Of a DNA stretch of 20,000 nucleotides, positions 1 through 8,034 are shown piece by piece; position 1 is the stretch's first letter, and every line of letters starts with the position of its first letter. The stretch is from an uncultured virus (IMG/VR IMGVR_UViG_3300025844_000016) (lineage: Duplodnaviria; Heunggongvirae; Uroviricota; Caudoviricetes): IMG/VR virus record IMGVR_UViG_3300025844_000016. One strand, written 5' to 3'. Made by a program: the position numbers and the translations under genes. The notes beneath the pieces were generated by a model. That model saw only the letters and a program-made list of their open reading frames with translations, made no database searches and had not been told where the DNA came from.

Positions 1-267
1 CTTGGCGAGGACCTTGGCCGCTTCGACAGCCTTGTCGATGTCGGCGCGAACTTCATCGATCGCCTTGTCCGCTTCTTCACGGATGCTGCTGATCTGGGCT
101 TCGGCGTCGGACAGCACGTCTTCGATCCGCTCTTCGAGAGCGTTCACGGTTTCGTCGTTCTGAGCGAGGAAGATGTCGAGCTTGGCATCAAGCGCGACCA
201 CGAAGGCGACAAGCGAGTCGCTGCTGCGTGCGATGAAACGCAGCAGCCAAGAGTTGAGTGTGTTCAT
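1..267 (-). CDS. Hypothetical protein, acidic and coiled-coil-like; runs off the window edge
   Basis: Read manually: ATG at 267, MNTLNSWLLRFIARSSDSLVAFVVALDAKLDIFLAQNDETVNALEERIEDV..., open to position 1; promoter upstream at 320-362. Confidence 0.75.
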   Translation of the reverse strand, partial: MNTLNSWLLRFIARSSDSLVAFVVALDAKLDIFLAQNDETVNALEERIEDVLSDAEAQISSIREEADKAIDEVRADIDKAVEAAKVLAK

Positions 268-319
268 GTCGGGAGAACCTTTCGGAAGGTGATTCGGTAT
301 TGGTTGTTCAGAGGCATTC

Positions 320-362
320 TAGCTACACACCGTTAAGGTTAATGTCAAGCCAAAATGTCGGT
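320..362 (-). promoter_or_regulatory. Sigma70-type promoter with upstream ACCGACATT box
   Basis: Minus strand reads ACCGACATT-ttggc-TTGACA-N17-TAGCTA. Confidence 0.75.
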
Positions 363-371
363 GGTGGATAA

Positions 372-620
372 TTAAGCGACGAAGGGCGGCTGACCATCCT
401 TGGACTTCCACGAGATACCGAGGTAGCCGCGCTCGGGGCGATGGGTCACACCGTCCTTATCGACAACCCGGTGCCCGCCGTCGGCAAGCAGGTAGAGTGT
501 CACTGGCCGGTTGATGCGGAACTTTGCACCATTGGCGTAGCTGTAGGTCCGGTAGTCTTCCGAGGAAATATCCACGATCGTCCACGGGGTGATGTCGGGA
601 TCAACCGCACTGGTATCCAT
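372..620 (-). CDS. Hypothetical phage protein (82 aa)
   Basis: Starts 1 nt after the stop of the upstream nuclease gene; protein-like composition. Confidence 0.75.
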   Translation of the reverse strand: MDTSAVDPDITPWTIVDISSEDYRTYSYANGAKFRINRPVTLYLLADGGHRVVDKDGVTHRPERGYLGISWKSKDGQPPFVA

Positions 621-621
621 G

Positions 622-1683
622 TTATGCGTCCTTGAGTTTGACGGTCAGGCGCTCGTATCCGTTGCCTTCGCGTTGGTAATCATCGATGCTCTTCCCCAAG
701 TCTTGGAGATCAGCGGCAAGCGAAAGAGTGTCGAGCGACTTCTTGCCCGCACACCACGAGTTGCTGATGGTGAAACGGTCATCACCAACACCCTTGGTAT
801 CGTGTTCACGGAGAATTTCCTTGATCTCTGCTTCGATCACCTTCTTCTCGTGTTCTGCTTCCTTGGCGGTAGCAGCAAATTCCTTCTGCCGGCCGGCAAG
901 CAGCACCAGACGATCGAGGATCGCCGGGTCTTCGATCTTGCGCTTGGCCTTGGGGAAGTTCTCACCGGTGGTGAAGGCGCACTCCTGTGTGAACTCACAC
1001 AGATTGCACTCACCACTAATCTTGCCCTCAGCCATCAGATCGGCCGGGTTCTCAGCCGCGAAGATCATCTTGGCGCGCTGCTTGGCAGCCTCGTAGATTT
1101 TCGGATCGCGTTTGACGACGTAGGGACGGATGTCCGAAAGCCACGATGCGTTGAAGTAGACGATCACCGCATACTCCGGTCGGAACTCAGTGAGTTCGTG
1201 GATGAGGCCCATCTGGACCTGAACCTGACCGACGTGGATTTCCTTGGCTTCCTTGATGTTGGCGCGGGGATCGAACGACTTGTATTCGATCACCAAATCC
1301 TCGGACAGGATGTCATCGATACCAAGCTGAGCCAGCGCATCCGGATCGAGCCCGGTTGCCAGACCGTCCGGTGTTGCTGACAGGCGGCCCTTACGAAGGG
1401 TTTCCTGTTCATCACCGGCGTAGAGCAGTTCCGCGCCTTCGGTCATGATCGCTTGTGTCGCTGGGACAGCGAAGAAGTTTTCGATGATGTCACCGCGCTT
1501 GGCGGCACCCCAGTCTTGTTCGTGATCGTCATCCGGATCATACTGGAACTTCTTGAAGTGGACCTTCCTCAGGCAAGAGAAAGCTTCCGACGCACCGACC
1601 GATGCGTTGCGGTCATACTTCCATTCCTTCTCGTTGGAATCCGAGAAGGCTTGGAACATGCCATCGAAATTGAGCGCAGCCAT
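622..1683 (-). CDS. Cas4-like / PD-(D/E)XK exonuclease with probable 4Fe-4S cluster
   Basis: N-terminal Cys (ASEAFSCLRK), PDG...EYKS catalytic motif, QVQVQM motif, C-terminal CxxC-x5-C (ECNLCEFTQEC). Confidence 0.8.
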   Translation of the reverse strand: MAALNFDGMFQAFSDSNEKEWKYDRNASVGASEAFSCLRKVHFKKFQYDPDDDHEQDWGAAKRGDIIENFFAVPATQAIMTEGAELLYAGDEQETLRKGRLSATPDGLATGLDPDALAQLGIDDILSEDLVIEYKSFDPRANIKEAKEIHVGQVQVQMGLIHELTEFRPEYAVIVYFNASWLSDIRPYVVKRDPKIYEAAKQRAKMIFAAENPADLMAEGKISGECNLCEFTQECAFTTGENFPKAKRKIEDPAILDRLVLLAGRQKEFAATAKEAEHEKKVIEAEIKEILREHDTKGVGDDRFTISNSWCAGKKSLDTLSLAADLQDLGKSIDDYQREGNGYERLTVKLKDA

Positions 1684-2210
1684 TACACCACCATCTCAGT
1701 CTTGAGCCCATACTTGCGGCTCGTTAGGTTGAACTTCTGGGCGACACAGGAGCCGGCGTGGAGATCGAAGCAACGGGCCAGTCGGAAGACATAGACCACC
1801 ACTTCGTTGAGGTTTCGGTTCAGGTCTTCGAGTGAGCCACGAGCGCCTACCATTCCGAAGCGTTCGCGCTCTTGTTTCTTGATCGTGTTGGAGACCATTC
1901 CGACCTGAATCGCCAGATCGAGCATGATGTCCTTCGGCATACCGAACAACGGAATTTCCGGCTCCAGATTGAGTTCGAGATCGCAGCGCAGAGCAATGAG
2001 ATCGCAGCAGATAATCACATCACCAATCTCTTGGATGAGCGCTTCCTGATCGGAGCCGCCGAAAAGAATATCGGTAGCCGCTTCGATCAGTTCACCAGCT
2101 TCACCGGCAAGCTCATTGCCCGCATAGGACAGGGTGATGTCGCCGCCGGTATCCCACTCAGCTTGGCGAGCGCGATTGGCATCACGTAGATTGGTGAACT
2201 GGGTCATCAC
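1683..2210 (-). CDS. MazG-like NTP pyrophosphohydrolase with an internally duplicated domain
   Basis: ELAGEAGEL...EIGDV MazG motif; a second degenerate repeat ends in AQKFNLTS. Confidence 0.8.
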   Translation of the reverse strand: MMTQFTNLRDANRARQAEWDTGGDITLSYAGNELAGEAGELIEAATDILFGGSDQEALIQEIGDVIICCDLIALRCDLELNLEPEIPLFGMPKDIMLDLAIQVGMVSNTIKKQERERFGMVGARGSLEDLNRNLNEVVVYVFRLARCFDLHAGSCVAQKFNLTSRKYGLKTEMVV

Positions 2211-2716
2211 TCGTCCTCATCTTCTTCGTCATCGTCGGCGTCGAAATCGGACTCACCAAACATGATGTCCTCATGCCGACCACGAAACTTCGCAAAGTCC
2301 TTGAACAGTTCGAGCAGCGGGATGAAGTTCTGGATGACATCCATGGTGGGATCGGTGGCGACCATACTCTCGGCGTGGTAGCGTTCGGTGACATCGATCT
2401 CGCCGTCTTGGAATATCACCAGAACTGGTTCATCCTCGGCACCTTCGTTGACCGTTTCCGAGATGGTGAAATAGATCACACCATCTGACACATCGAGATC
2501 ATCTTCGTCGCCCATTTCGAAGTGGATCATCACGAGGACGAATACTTCGGAGAACGCGTGATGGCTGTGGAAGCTATCGTTACCTTCTTGGATCGCATCC
2601 ACGTCACCAGCGAATGCGACTTCCCAGTCACCATTTTCGTAGACGACCACGACTGGCGTGCCCGGCAGATCAGCGGCTGGAATTGTTGTATTGAGAGTGA
2701 GCAGTGATGCGGTCAT
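2207..2716 (-). CDS. Highly acidic hypothetical protein with internal repeat
   Basis: 44 D/E against 5 K/R in 169 aa; repeat PVVVVYENGDWEV / PVLVIFQDGEIDV; overlaps both neighbouring genes. Confidence 0.8.
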   Translation of the reverse strand: MTASLLTLNTTIPAADLPGTPVVVVYENGDWEVAFAGDVDAIQEGNDSFHSHHAFSEVFVLVMIHFEMGDEDDLDVSDGVIYFTISETVNEGAEDEPVLVIFQDGEIDVTERYHAESMVATDPTMDVIQNFIPLLELFKDFAKFRGRHEDIMFGESDFDADDDEEDEDE

Positions 2717-3090
2717 TAGAGGACTCCCAACCCCTTGGCCGTGCTGAGGACGATGGTCCGGAACAGGCGGTCCTTGAACTGCTGCTCTGGCGGTAGCTCT
2801 TCGAACGGAACCATGCAGGGGTGCGTCTTGGCTTCCGGGTCCTTGACCTCGCCGTAGACCCAGCCATCGGTGACCTTCTCACGCATCCACGATTCATGGC
2901 TGGCGCTATCACCAGCGTCCGGGTTGCCGACCACGAAGCGCACACCGGCGATCGCGGAATCCTGCTGCCACTTGGGAGCGTCTTCCCATGCTGGTTGGCT
3001 GGTGTCGCCATTGTATTCGCACCATGCGCGATTGGCTTCGTGACATACCCGTGCGAGATTGACAGCAGCGGTGCCGGAAATATAACCCAT
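2716..3090 (-). CDS. RyR-domain protein
   Basis: HESWMREKVTDGWVYGEVKDPEAKTHPCMVPFEELPPEQQFKD matches the RyR domain pattern H-x2-W...GW-x-YG...HP-x-(L/M)VP(F/Y)-x2-L. Confidence 0.85.
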   Translation of the reverse strand: MGYISGTAAVNLARVCHEANRAWCEYNGDTSQPAWEDAPKWQQDSAIAGVRFVVGNPDAGDSASHESWMREKVTDGWVYGEVKDPEAKTHPCMVPFEELPPEQQFKDRLFRTIVLSTAKGLGVL

Positions 3091-3114
3091 TGTGTTTACC
3101 TTAATGCTGGAGAT

Positions 3115-3312
3115 TTATGAGCCGTCGTCGTCGCGGATCAGGTGGAATGAAGCCTGCTCTTGCGTCTTGAAGGTACCTCGAAGAGCGTGGGTGAACAAGC
3201 TCCGGAAGTAGAAAGTGCCACGCTGATGGCCGTTGTATTGGTCGGGGACCTCGAACACCTGCCCGATCGGGAAGTGTAGTTCGGGATCGATACGGGAGAG
3301 ATTATTCGACAC
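3115..3312 (-). CDS. Hypothetical protein (65 aa)
   Basis: Fills the gap between co-oriented genes and overlaps the upstream stop. Confidence 0.55.
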   Translation of the reverse strand: MSNNLSRIDPELHFPIGQVFEVPDQYNGHQRGTFYFRSLFTHALRGTFKTQEQASFHLIRDDDGS

Positions 3313-3553
3313 GGATCATGTCCCAATCATCGTAGCCGAGAACGGCTGGGATAATACGAACAGTCTGCAACGCCGCATCGACAGCGGAACGAAGAGACTG
3401 GTTGTGGAAACTGTAGCTCTGCGTGACGGTCTCGATAGCGACCCGTGCGATTGCCTCAGCTTCATCTTCATCGGTGGTTATGCCCAAACACTTCCACCCT
3501 TCGCCGTTGGGGTTACGACACATCACAGCCCAAACGCTCTCTTGCACGATCAT
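3302..3553 (-). CDS. Hypothetical protein (83 aa)
   Basis: TGATG coupling to the exonuclease gene. Confidence 0.7.
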   Translation of the reverse strand: MIVQESVWAVMCRNPNGEGWKCLGITTDEDEAEAIARVAIETVTQSYSFHNQSLRSAVDAALQTVRIIPAVLGYDDWDMIRVE

Positions 3554-4275
3554 CAGGCAGCTTCTCCCAGCGCCATGAACTCCTCGTAGAGAGCCGGGGT
3601 GATCTTGCCGGCTCGTTCCAGCCGTCGGACTTCCTTGTCGAAGGCACCCAGCGCGACCAGTTCATGGAACACCTTACGGGTCCACGAAATATCGACGATA
3701 GCGGAGTGAGCGTTTTCCATCTCGACGCCGAAGAAGAAGGGAACCGCTTCCTCCAGCTTGGGCCACTTGTAGTTGGTGCTACCGACCCGGACGACTCCCT
3801 TCTTGGGAATCTTGCAGATCGGTGTGGCGGTCTTCATCGTGCAGAGGAAGGGCGATCCGGCGAAGACATCACTCGGCGTCTTGTGGTTCGGTCGGAGGCG
3901 AGCGTATTCACCTTCCATCACCTTGGTATCGAAGGCGGTGTTGTGACAAACGATCAGGTCGGCATGTTCCGCTGCGATGATGAACATCTCGACCGCATCG
4001 GCGATCGGGATACCCTGCTCTTCGCACATCTCGGGCGTGATGCCGGTGACTTCCATAGCCTTGTGTGAGATGATCGAAGGCGGAAGTTCGCCGGTGGGGT
4101 CTTCGTGGAGATACCAGTTGTCGGGCTTGATGAGGGCGTCGAGCGTGATGACATCAACGCCGTGGCGTTCGAGGATGAAACCAAGCTGCGTGATATTCGG
4201 CTGGTGGGTCTCACCAGTCTCGGGGTCCTTCCGGGGTAGGCCGGTGGATTCCACGTCGAAGAAGAGGATGTTCAT
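3553..4275 (-). CDS. DEDDh 3'-5' exonuclease (DnaQ / Pol III epsilon-like)
   Basis: ExoI FFDVESTGL, ExoII HNTAFD, ExoIII AHSAIVD. Confidence 0.9.
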   Translation of the reverse strand: MNILFFDVESTGLPRKDPETGETHQPNITQLGFILERHGVDVITLDALIKPDNWYLHEDPTGELPPSIISHKAMEVTGITPEMCEEQGIPIADAVEMFIIAAEHADLIVCHNTAFDTKVMEGEYARLRPNHKTPSDVFAGSPFLCTMKTATPICKIPKKGVVRVGSTNYKWPKLEEAVPFFFGVEMENAHSAIVDISWTRKVFHELVALGAFDKEVRRLERAGKITPALYEEFMALGEAA

Positions 4276-4302
4276 GTCGGGGAGAACCTTGTTGTCCAGA
4301 CT

Positions 4303-4345
4303 GCGTTATGTCAAACTGTCTGTGATGTCAAGTGAAAATGGCGGT
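4303..4345 (-). promoter_or_regulatory. Sigma70-type promoter with upstream ACCGCCATT box
   Basis: Minus strand reads ACCGCCATT-ttcac-TTGACA-N17-TAACGC. Confidence 0.75.
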
Positions 4346-4692
4346 CAGCGCGAAAAAGGTGGCTGGGCAGGGTCGTAGGCCGGGCCTATCGGGGAGCGAA
4401 TAGGTGAGCCCTCCGGCGAGCGGACAATCGGCCCCGGTGTGATGTCCACACCTGAAATGGGGAAATCGATCACCAGCTTGGGGATAGGCATGTTGAGTTC
4501 GCGGAGCTTCTTGAGCCCTTCGATCAAAGCATCCACTTGCTCCCCGGTGAGAACCAAGCATCCTTCGGTCTGGCCGGAAGCAACCGATCTGATTTCAAAC
4601 AGACCGGCCCCATCAACGTTCGGGCTGAGTGCGAGGTAATCACCGCTATCATCATCGTAGAGACGCAAGGCATATTCGGTGGTGAGCTTCAC
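4345..4692 (-). CDS. Hypothetical protein with Pro-rich C-terminus
   Basis: GTGA overlap with the upstream gene. Confidence 0.7.
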   Translation of the reverse strand: MKLTTEYALRLYDDDSGDYLALSPNVDGAGLFEIRSVASGQTEGCLVLTGEQVDALIEGLKKLRELNMPIPKLVIDFPISGVDITPGPIVRSPEGSPIRSPIGPAYDPAQPPFSR

Positions 4693-4880
4693 AGGAAATA
4701 CTCCAGAAGAAAGATGATCAGGCCCACCACAGCCGCAACGAACAGTGCGACAAGTTTACTGGGCGTGCTACGAGAACAATCCGGATAATCGGACCACCCA
4801 TGTGGATTGGTAAGGCTCAGATTATACAGAAGATACAAGGCAAGCCCTGCGACGACGATAACGATGGCAGGTTCGGTCAT
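4689..4880 (-). CDS. Small membrane protein with two predicted TM helices
   Basis: Hydrophobic stretches AIVIVVAGLALYLLY and LVALFVAAVVGLIIFLL; ATGA overlap. Confidence 0.7.
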   Translation of the reverse strand: MTEPAIVIVVAGLALYLLYNLSLTNPHGWSDYPDCSRSTPSKLVALFVAAVVGLIIFLLEYFL

Positions 4881-5356
4881 TGTGTTTCCTTAATGTTACT
4901 TTCGCTGTAGCTATGACGTTCTCTGAACGGACGTTCGTAACTTCCTCGGATCACAACATAGTCTCCGGGGATATACCCATTGCATTTATACCGGCTACGG
5001 GGTTCAGGATTATTTGAACCCAAAGCGATATGTCTTTTCCCTATCAGTTTATCAATAGGAAAGCACCATAGATGAGTTCCGACTACCCATAGTTCATCGA
5101 TCTCATCAGGAGTGTATCCATTAAGATGAGATTTAGTTAGAAGTGGGCATCTCTCGTAAGCAAAGTGACCATCACCAAACTTAGACCACTGCGCTGTCTT
5201 TACCTGCACACGCACAGCCTTACCTTCTTTAATGTATACGAGGTCGGCTCGGGACTGGGATGCGATTGACATATGGACATCAAAACCTTTAGCTGCCAGA
5301 TGGGAGGCAACTAAAAGTTCTGATGCTAATCCTAAAGCGGCTGTATCACGAAGCAT
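4877..5356 (-). CDS. PD-(D/E)XK endonuclease, putative free-standing homing endonuclease
   Basis: GLASE...ADLV...RVQVKT motif typical of the I-Ssp6803I-like PD-(D/E)XK family; AT-rich (24/60 GC at 5041-5100); ATG at 5356 overlaps the polA stop (TAATG), so the ORF-track start at 5386 is probably too long. Confidence 0.75.
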   Translation of the reverse strand: MLRDTAALGLASELLVASHLAAKGFDVHMSIASQSRADLVYIKEGKAVRVQVKTAQWSKFGDGHFAYERCPLLTKSHLNGYTPDEIDELWVVGTHLWCFPIDKLIGKRHIALGSNNPEPRSRYKCNGYIPGDYVVIRGSYERPFRERHSYSESNIKETQ

Positions 5357-7671
5357 TAGTGTGTCTCGTGCCAAGCATAACCACACGAAGCTGACGCGTC
5401 AACTGGAAGAGCAAAGTTAAGGTAATTACCAGCTTCTAATGCAGCCTTGACACAGACTTCCATGACTTTTTCTTCAAGACCTTCTCTACAAGCAATTTGA
5501 ATCTCATCGTGGACCCAAGCGCAGAATACGAAATCTTTGTCCCAACCATATTCAAGACCTTCTTCATATAGCATATCTTCCACAAAGATCAGCCACCAGT
5601 TGGCGATCGTGGCACCCATGCCTTGCAGGTCGGTGTTGAGAGCCGCGTGCTTGGAGCGCACGAACAGACGACGGCCATCCAGACCTTCGAGGAACTTACG
5701 TCCGGCTTGACGCTGGATGTCACGGATCACCTTGTTCAGGGCCGGCAAGTTCTTGAGGAACTTCTGCTTGAGTTCCTTACCAATCTTTGCCTGTTGAACT
5801 GGGCTTGAAAGAGGAGAAATAATCTTACCAATCTTCTCGTCGCCCGCCCCATAGAGGAAGGCGTAGATAAAGGTCTTGGCCGTGTCACGCATATCCAGCC
5901 CGGCGAGGCGCTGGTTTTCAGAGTGGATGTCACCTTCGAGCAGAACCTGCCCGTAAGCACCACCGTCATACTTCGCCATTTCATGTGCGAGGCAGCGAAG
6001 CTCGATACCAGCCAAGTCAGACCCGACAAGCTTGAAGCCTTCATAGACCGTAAACAGCGAGCGGCACTCGTAGCCCCAGCCGCCCTTGAGCCCGAGAATG
6101 ATGACTTCGACGATCAGATCGCCATCATCATCACGCTTGAAGAACGGCTCGCCATTTTCATCAACGGACTGAGCAAGCTCCTGCCAGTTATCGCAGCGCC
6201 GTCCCTTGTGCATCACAAGCACCGGACCACCCTTGAAGATGGCATTCGGGCGGATGATACCGGTCGGCTTGGTGATCGGCTTGAGCGCAGTGATCTTGGG
6301 CTTTTTCTTGCGGACGGCCGGGACCTGTGCAAGGTTCGGGAATGCGTGCGTCGCACGGGTGGTGACCGCGCCGCATGGGTTGACGTAGGCGTGGATGCAC
6401 CCGGTGGTAGGATTGTAGACCTTGAGCCACGCCTGCTTGCCGTCAGCCAACTGGCCCATCAGCTTGCGGATCGCGAGCAGATCGGCAAGGTCTTCGGCGA
6501 CCGGGAACTTCTCGACGATCCGGCGAAGGATCACGTCGTTCGCTTTGACGTTACCCTTCTCGGTATAGTCCTCATCCTCAGGCTCCCAACCAAGCTCTTG
6601 CAGTCGGTCGGTAATCTGGGGGCGTGATGTCGGCTTGAACTCCTGCCAGATGATCGGCGTGAAGTGTGCCCCGGCGCTGTAACGAGCGCGGAGCGGGTCC
6701 TTGAAGTTCAGTGCATCCTTTGGTTTGGTCTCGGGGTAGCCATACCACCGGCGGTCAGGGACCAGTTCATCCATCTCGGCGCGTTGCTTGGCGATCGCTT
6801 CGCTGGCCGACAGATTGGAATCGAACTTGATCTCAGCGGTTCCCCAGAAGTCAGGGAACTCGCCGCCGTTGACGTTCCGGCCGATCGGTGCTGTGTCCAT
6901 CCGCTTCTTCGGGATGAAACGACCGGGGAAGGAGATCGCGAGCTTGGCTTCGAGATTGGCTTGCTCGACCGTGAGTTCTCCGGCCAGCATCTTGGCGCGT
7001 GGTGCGTCGAATGGGAATCCGTTCTCCTGCTGCCGGGCCATGAGATCACCGAGACGGTGCTGCACATAGACAGCATCAGGGGAAGCCTCGCGGCTCTCGA
7101 TCATCTTGACCAGAAGGCAGGTGACCTCTACGTCATTGACGCAGTATTCTTCCAGTTCTTCGGTCCACGTCCCCCAGACCCAGAGACGCATTTCCTCGGA
7201 GTCCTTGAGGTAACCCCGTTCGAGACCGATCGCTTCTTTGATCGCCTTGTAGTCGCCCTTATACATGCCGAGACGTTGGCCCCAGCTATCGAGCGTGTGC
7301 TTGCCGATCAGCTTACCTTCGAGCTTGCCGCCTTCGAACAGACGGAAGTCCTTGTCCTTCTGGTCGGGGAACATCAGACGAGCGAGGATCAGCGTGTCGC
7401 GGATACGTGCTTGCGGCTGGTATCCGAAGAGGATTTCCAGCATGGGAATGTCGTAGGCCACGATGTTGTGGCCCCAGATTTCCTCAGCGTCGTCGAGCAG
7501 CGCGAACAGCTTGTGGATCGTGTCCTCGCGCTTGTTCTTGCGGAACACCCACCGCTGGCCGGTGTCATAATCTCGGACCGCGACGCAATGGCAGACCGTG
7601 ACTTGCTCAAGCAGGCCATCGGTTTCCGCGTCGAATACGAGACGACGATATTTTTTCGGCTTGAGCTTCAA
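5356..7671 (-). CDS. polA: Family A DNA polymerase (T7 gp5-like) with 3'-5' exonuclease domain
   Basis: Exonuclease motifs FDAETDG, GHNIVAYD and YCVND; motif A SDLAGIELR; motif B RDTAKTFIYAFLYG; motif C WVHDE. Confidence 0.97.
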   Translation of the reverse strand: MKLKPKKYRRLVFDAETDGLLEQVTVCHCVAVRDYDTGQRWVFRKNKREDTIHKLFALLDDAEEIWGHNIVAYDIPMLEILFGYQPQARIRDTLILARLMFPDQKDKDFRLFEGGKLEGKLIGKHTLDSWGQRLGMYKGDYKAIKEAIGLERGYLKDSEEMRLWVWGTWTEELEEYCVNDVEVTCLLVKMIESREASPDAVYVQHRLGDLMARQQENGFPFDAPRAKMLAGELTVEQANLEAKLAISFPGRFIPKKRMDTAPIGRNVNGGEFPDFWGTAEIKFDSNLSASEAIAKQRAEMDELVPDRRWYGYPETKPKDALNFKDPLRARYSAGAHFTPIIWQEFKPTSRPQITDRLQELGWEPEDEDYTEKGNVKANDVILRRIVEKFPVAEDLADLLAIRKLMGQLADGKQAWLKVYNPTTGCIHAYVNPCGAVTTRATHAFPNLAQVPAVRKKKPKITALKPITKPTGIIRPNAIFKGGPVLVMHKGRRCDNWQELAQSVDENGEPFFKRDDDGDLIVEVIILGLKGGWGYECRSLFTVYEGFKLVGSDLAGIELRCLAHEMAKYDGGAYGQVLLEGDIHSENQRLAGLDMRDTAKTFIYAFLYGAGDEKIGKIISPLSSPVQQAKIGKELKQKFLKNLPALNKVIRDIQRQAGRKFLEGLDGRRLFVRSKHAALNTDLQGMGATIANWWLIFVEDMLYEEGLEYGWDKDFVFCAWVHDEIQIACREGLEEKVMEVCVKAALEAGNYLNFALPVDASASCGYAWHETH

Positions 7672-7697
7672 GGGGACTACCTATCGGAGGAAGGTTT

Positions 7698-7740
7698 TGT
7701 TAACCACAAAACGCCGTCACTGTCAATTCAAAATGTCGGT
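7698..7740 (-). promoter_or_regulatory. polA promoter with upstream ACCGACATT box
   Basis: Minus strand reads ACCGACATT-ttgaa-TTGACA-N17-TTAACA. Confidence 0.75.
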
Positions 7741-7894
7741 CACGGACAGCAGCGAGGCGATCCGCCGCAGACATTTGCGTAGTGACCAAACTCGAAGTCC
7801 TCGGGTTCTTCCGGCCATTCGGTTGCCTTATCGCAGACGTTGCAGCAGAAGAACAGGATACCATTGTCCTCCCACAATCCGTCTGGGAGTTCAT
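7700..7894 (-). CDS. Possible small hypothetical protein (64 aa)
   Basis: TGATG coupling to the upstream ORF, but its 3' end overlaps the polA promoter and the composition is unconvincing. Confidence 0.3.
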   Translation of the reverse strand: MNSQTDCGRTMVSCSSAATSAIRQPNGRKNPRTSSLVTTQMSAADRLAAVRDRHFELTVTAFCG

Positions 7895-8034
7895 CAGGCG
7901 TAGAGGTCTGGGTCATCATCGTTTCCGTTCATAGCAGACAAGATAATGAAAGCACAGACGATGATGCTCACCCAGAGCAAGGCGTCCGTGATCTTTTCAA
8001 TGAGTTCAAATGTCGAGGGCAAGTTGGCCTCCAT
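7894..8034 (-). CDS. Small single-pass membrane protein (46 aa)
   Basis: MEANLPSTFELIEKITDALLWVSIIVCAFIILSAMNGNDDDPDLYA; start reassigned to the ATG at 8034. Confidence 0.55.
   Translation of the reverse strand: MEANLPSTFELIEKITDALLWVSIIVCAFIILSAMNGNDDDPDLYA

Noticed and set aside
326..342. CtrA binding site (TTAACCTTAAC in the promoter spacer)
   Set aside because: The spacing does not match TTAA-N7-TTAA; at most a half-site.
6079..6312. Intein or group I intron in polA
   Set aside because: The reading frame is continuous, with no Cys/Ser start, His-Asn end or intron core.
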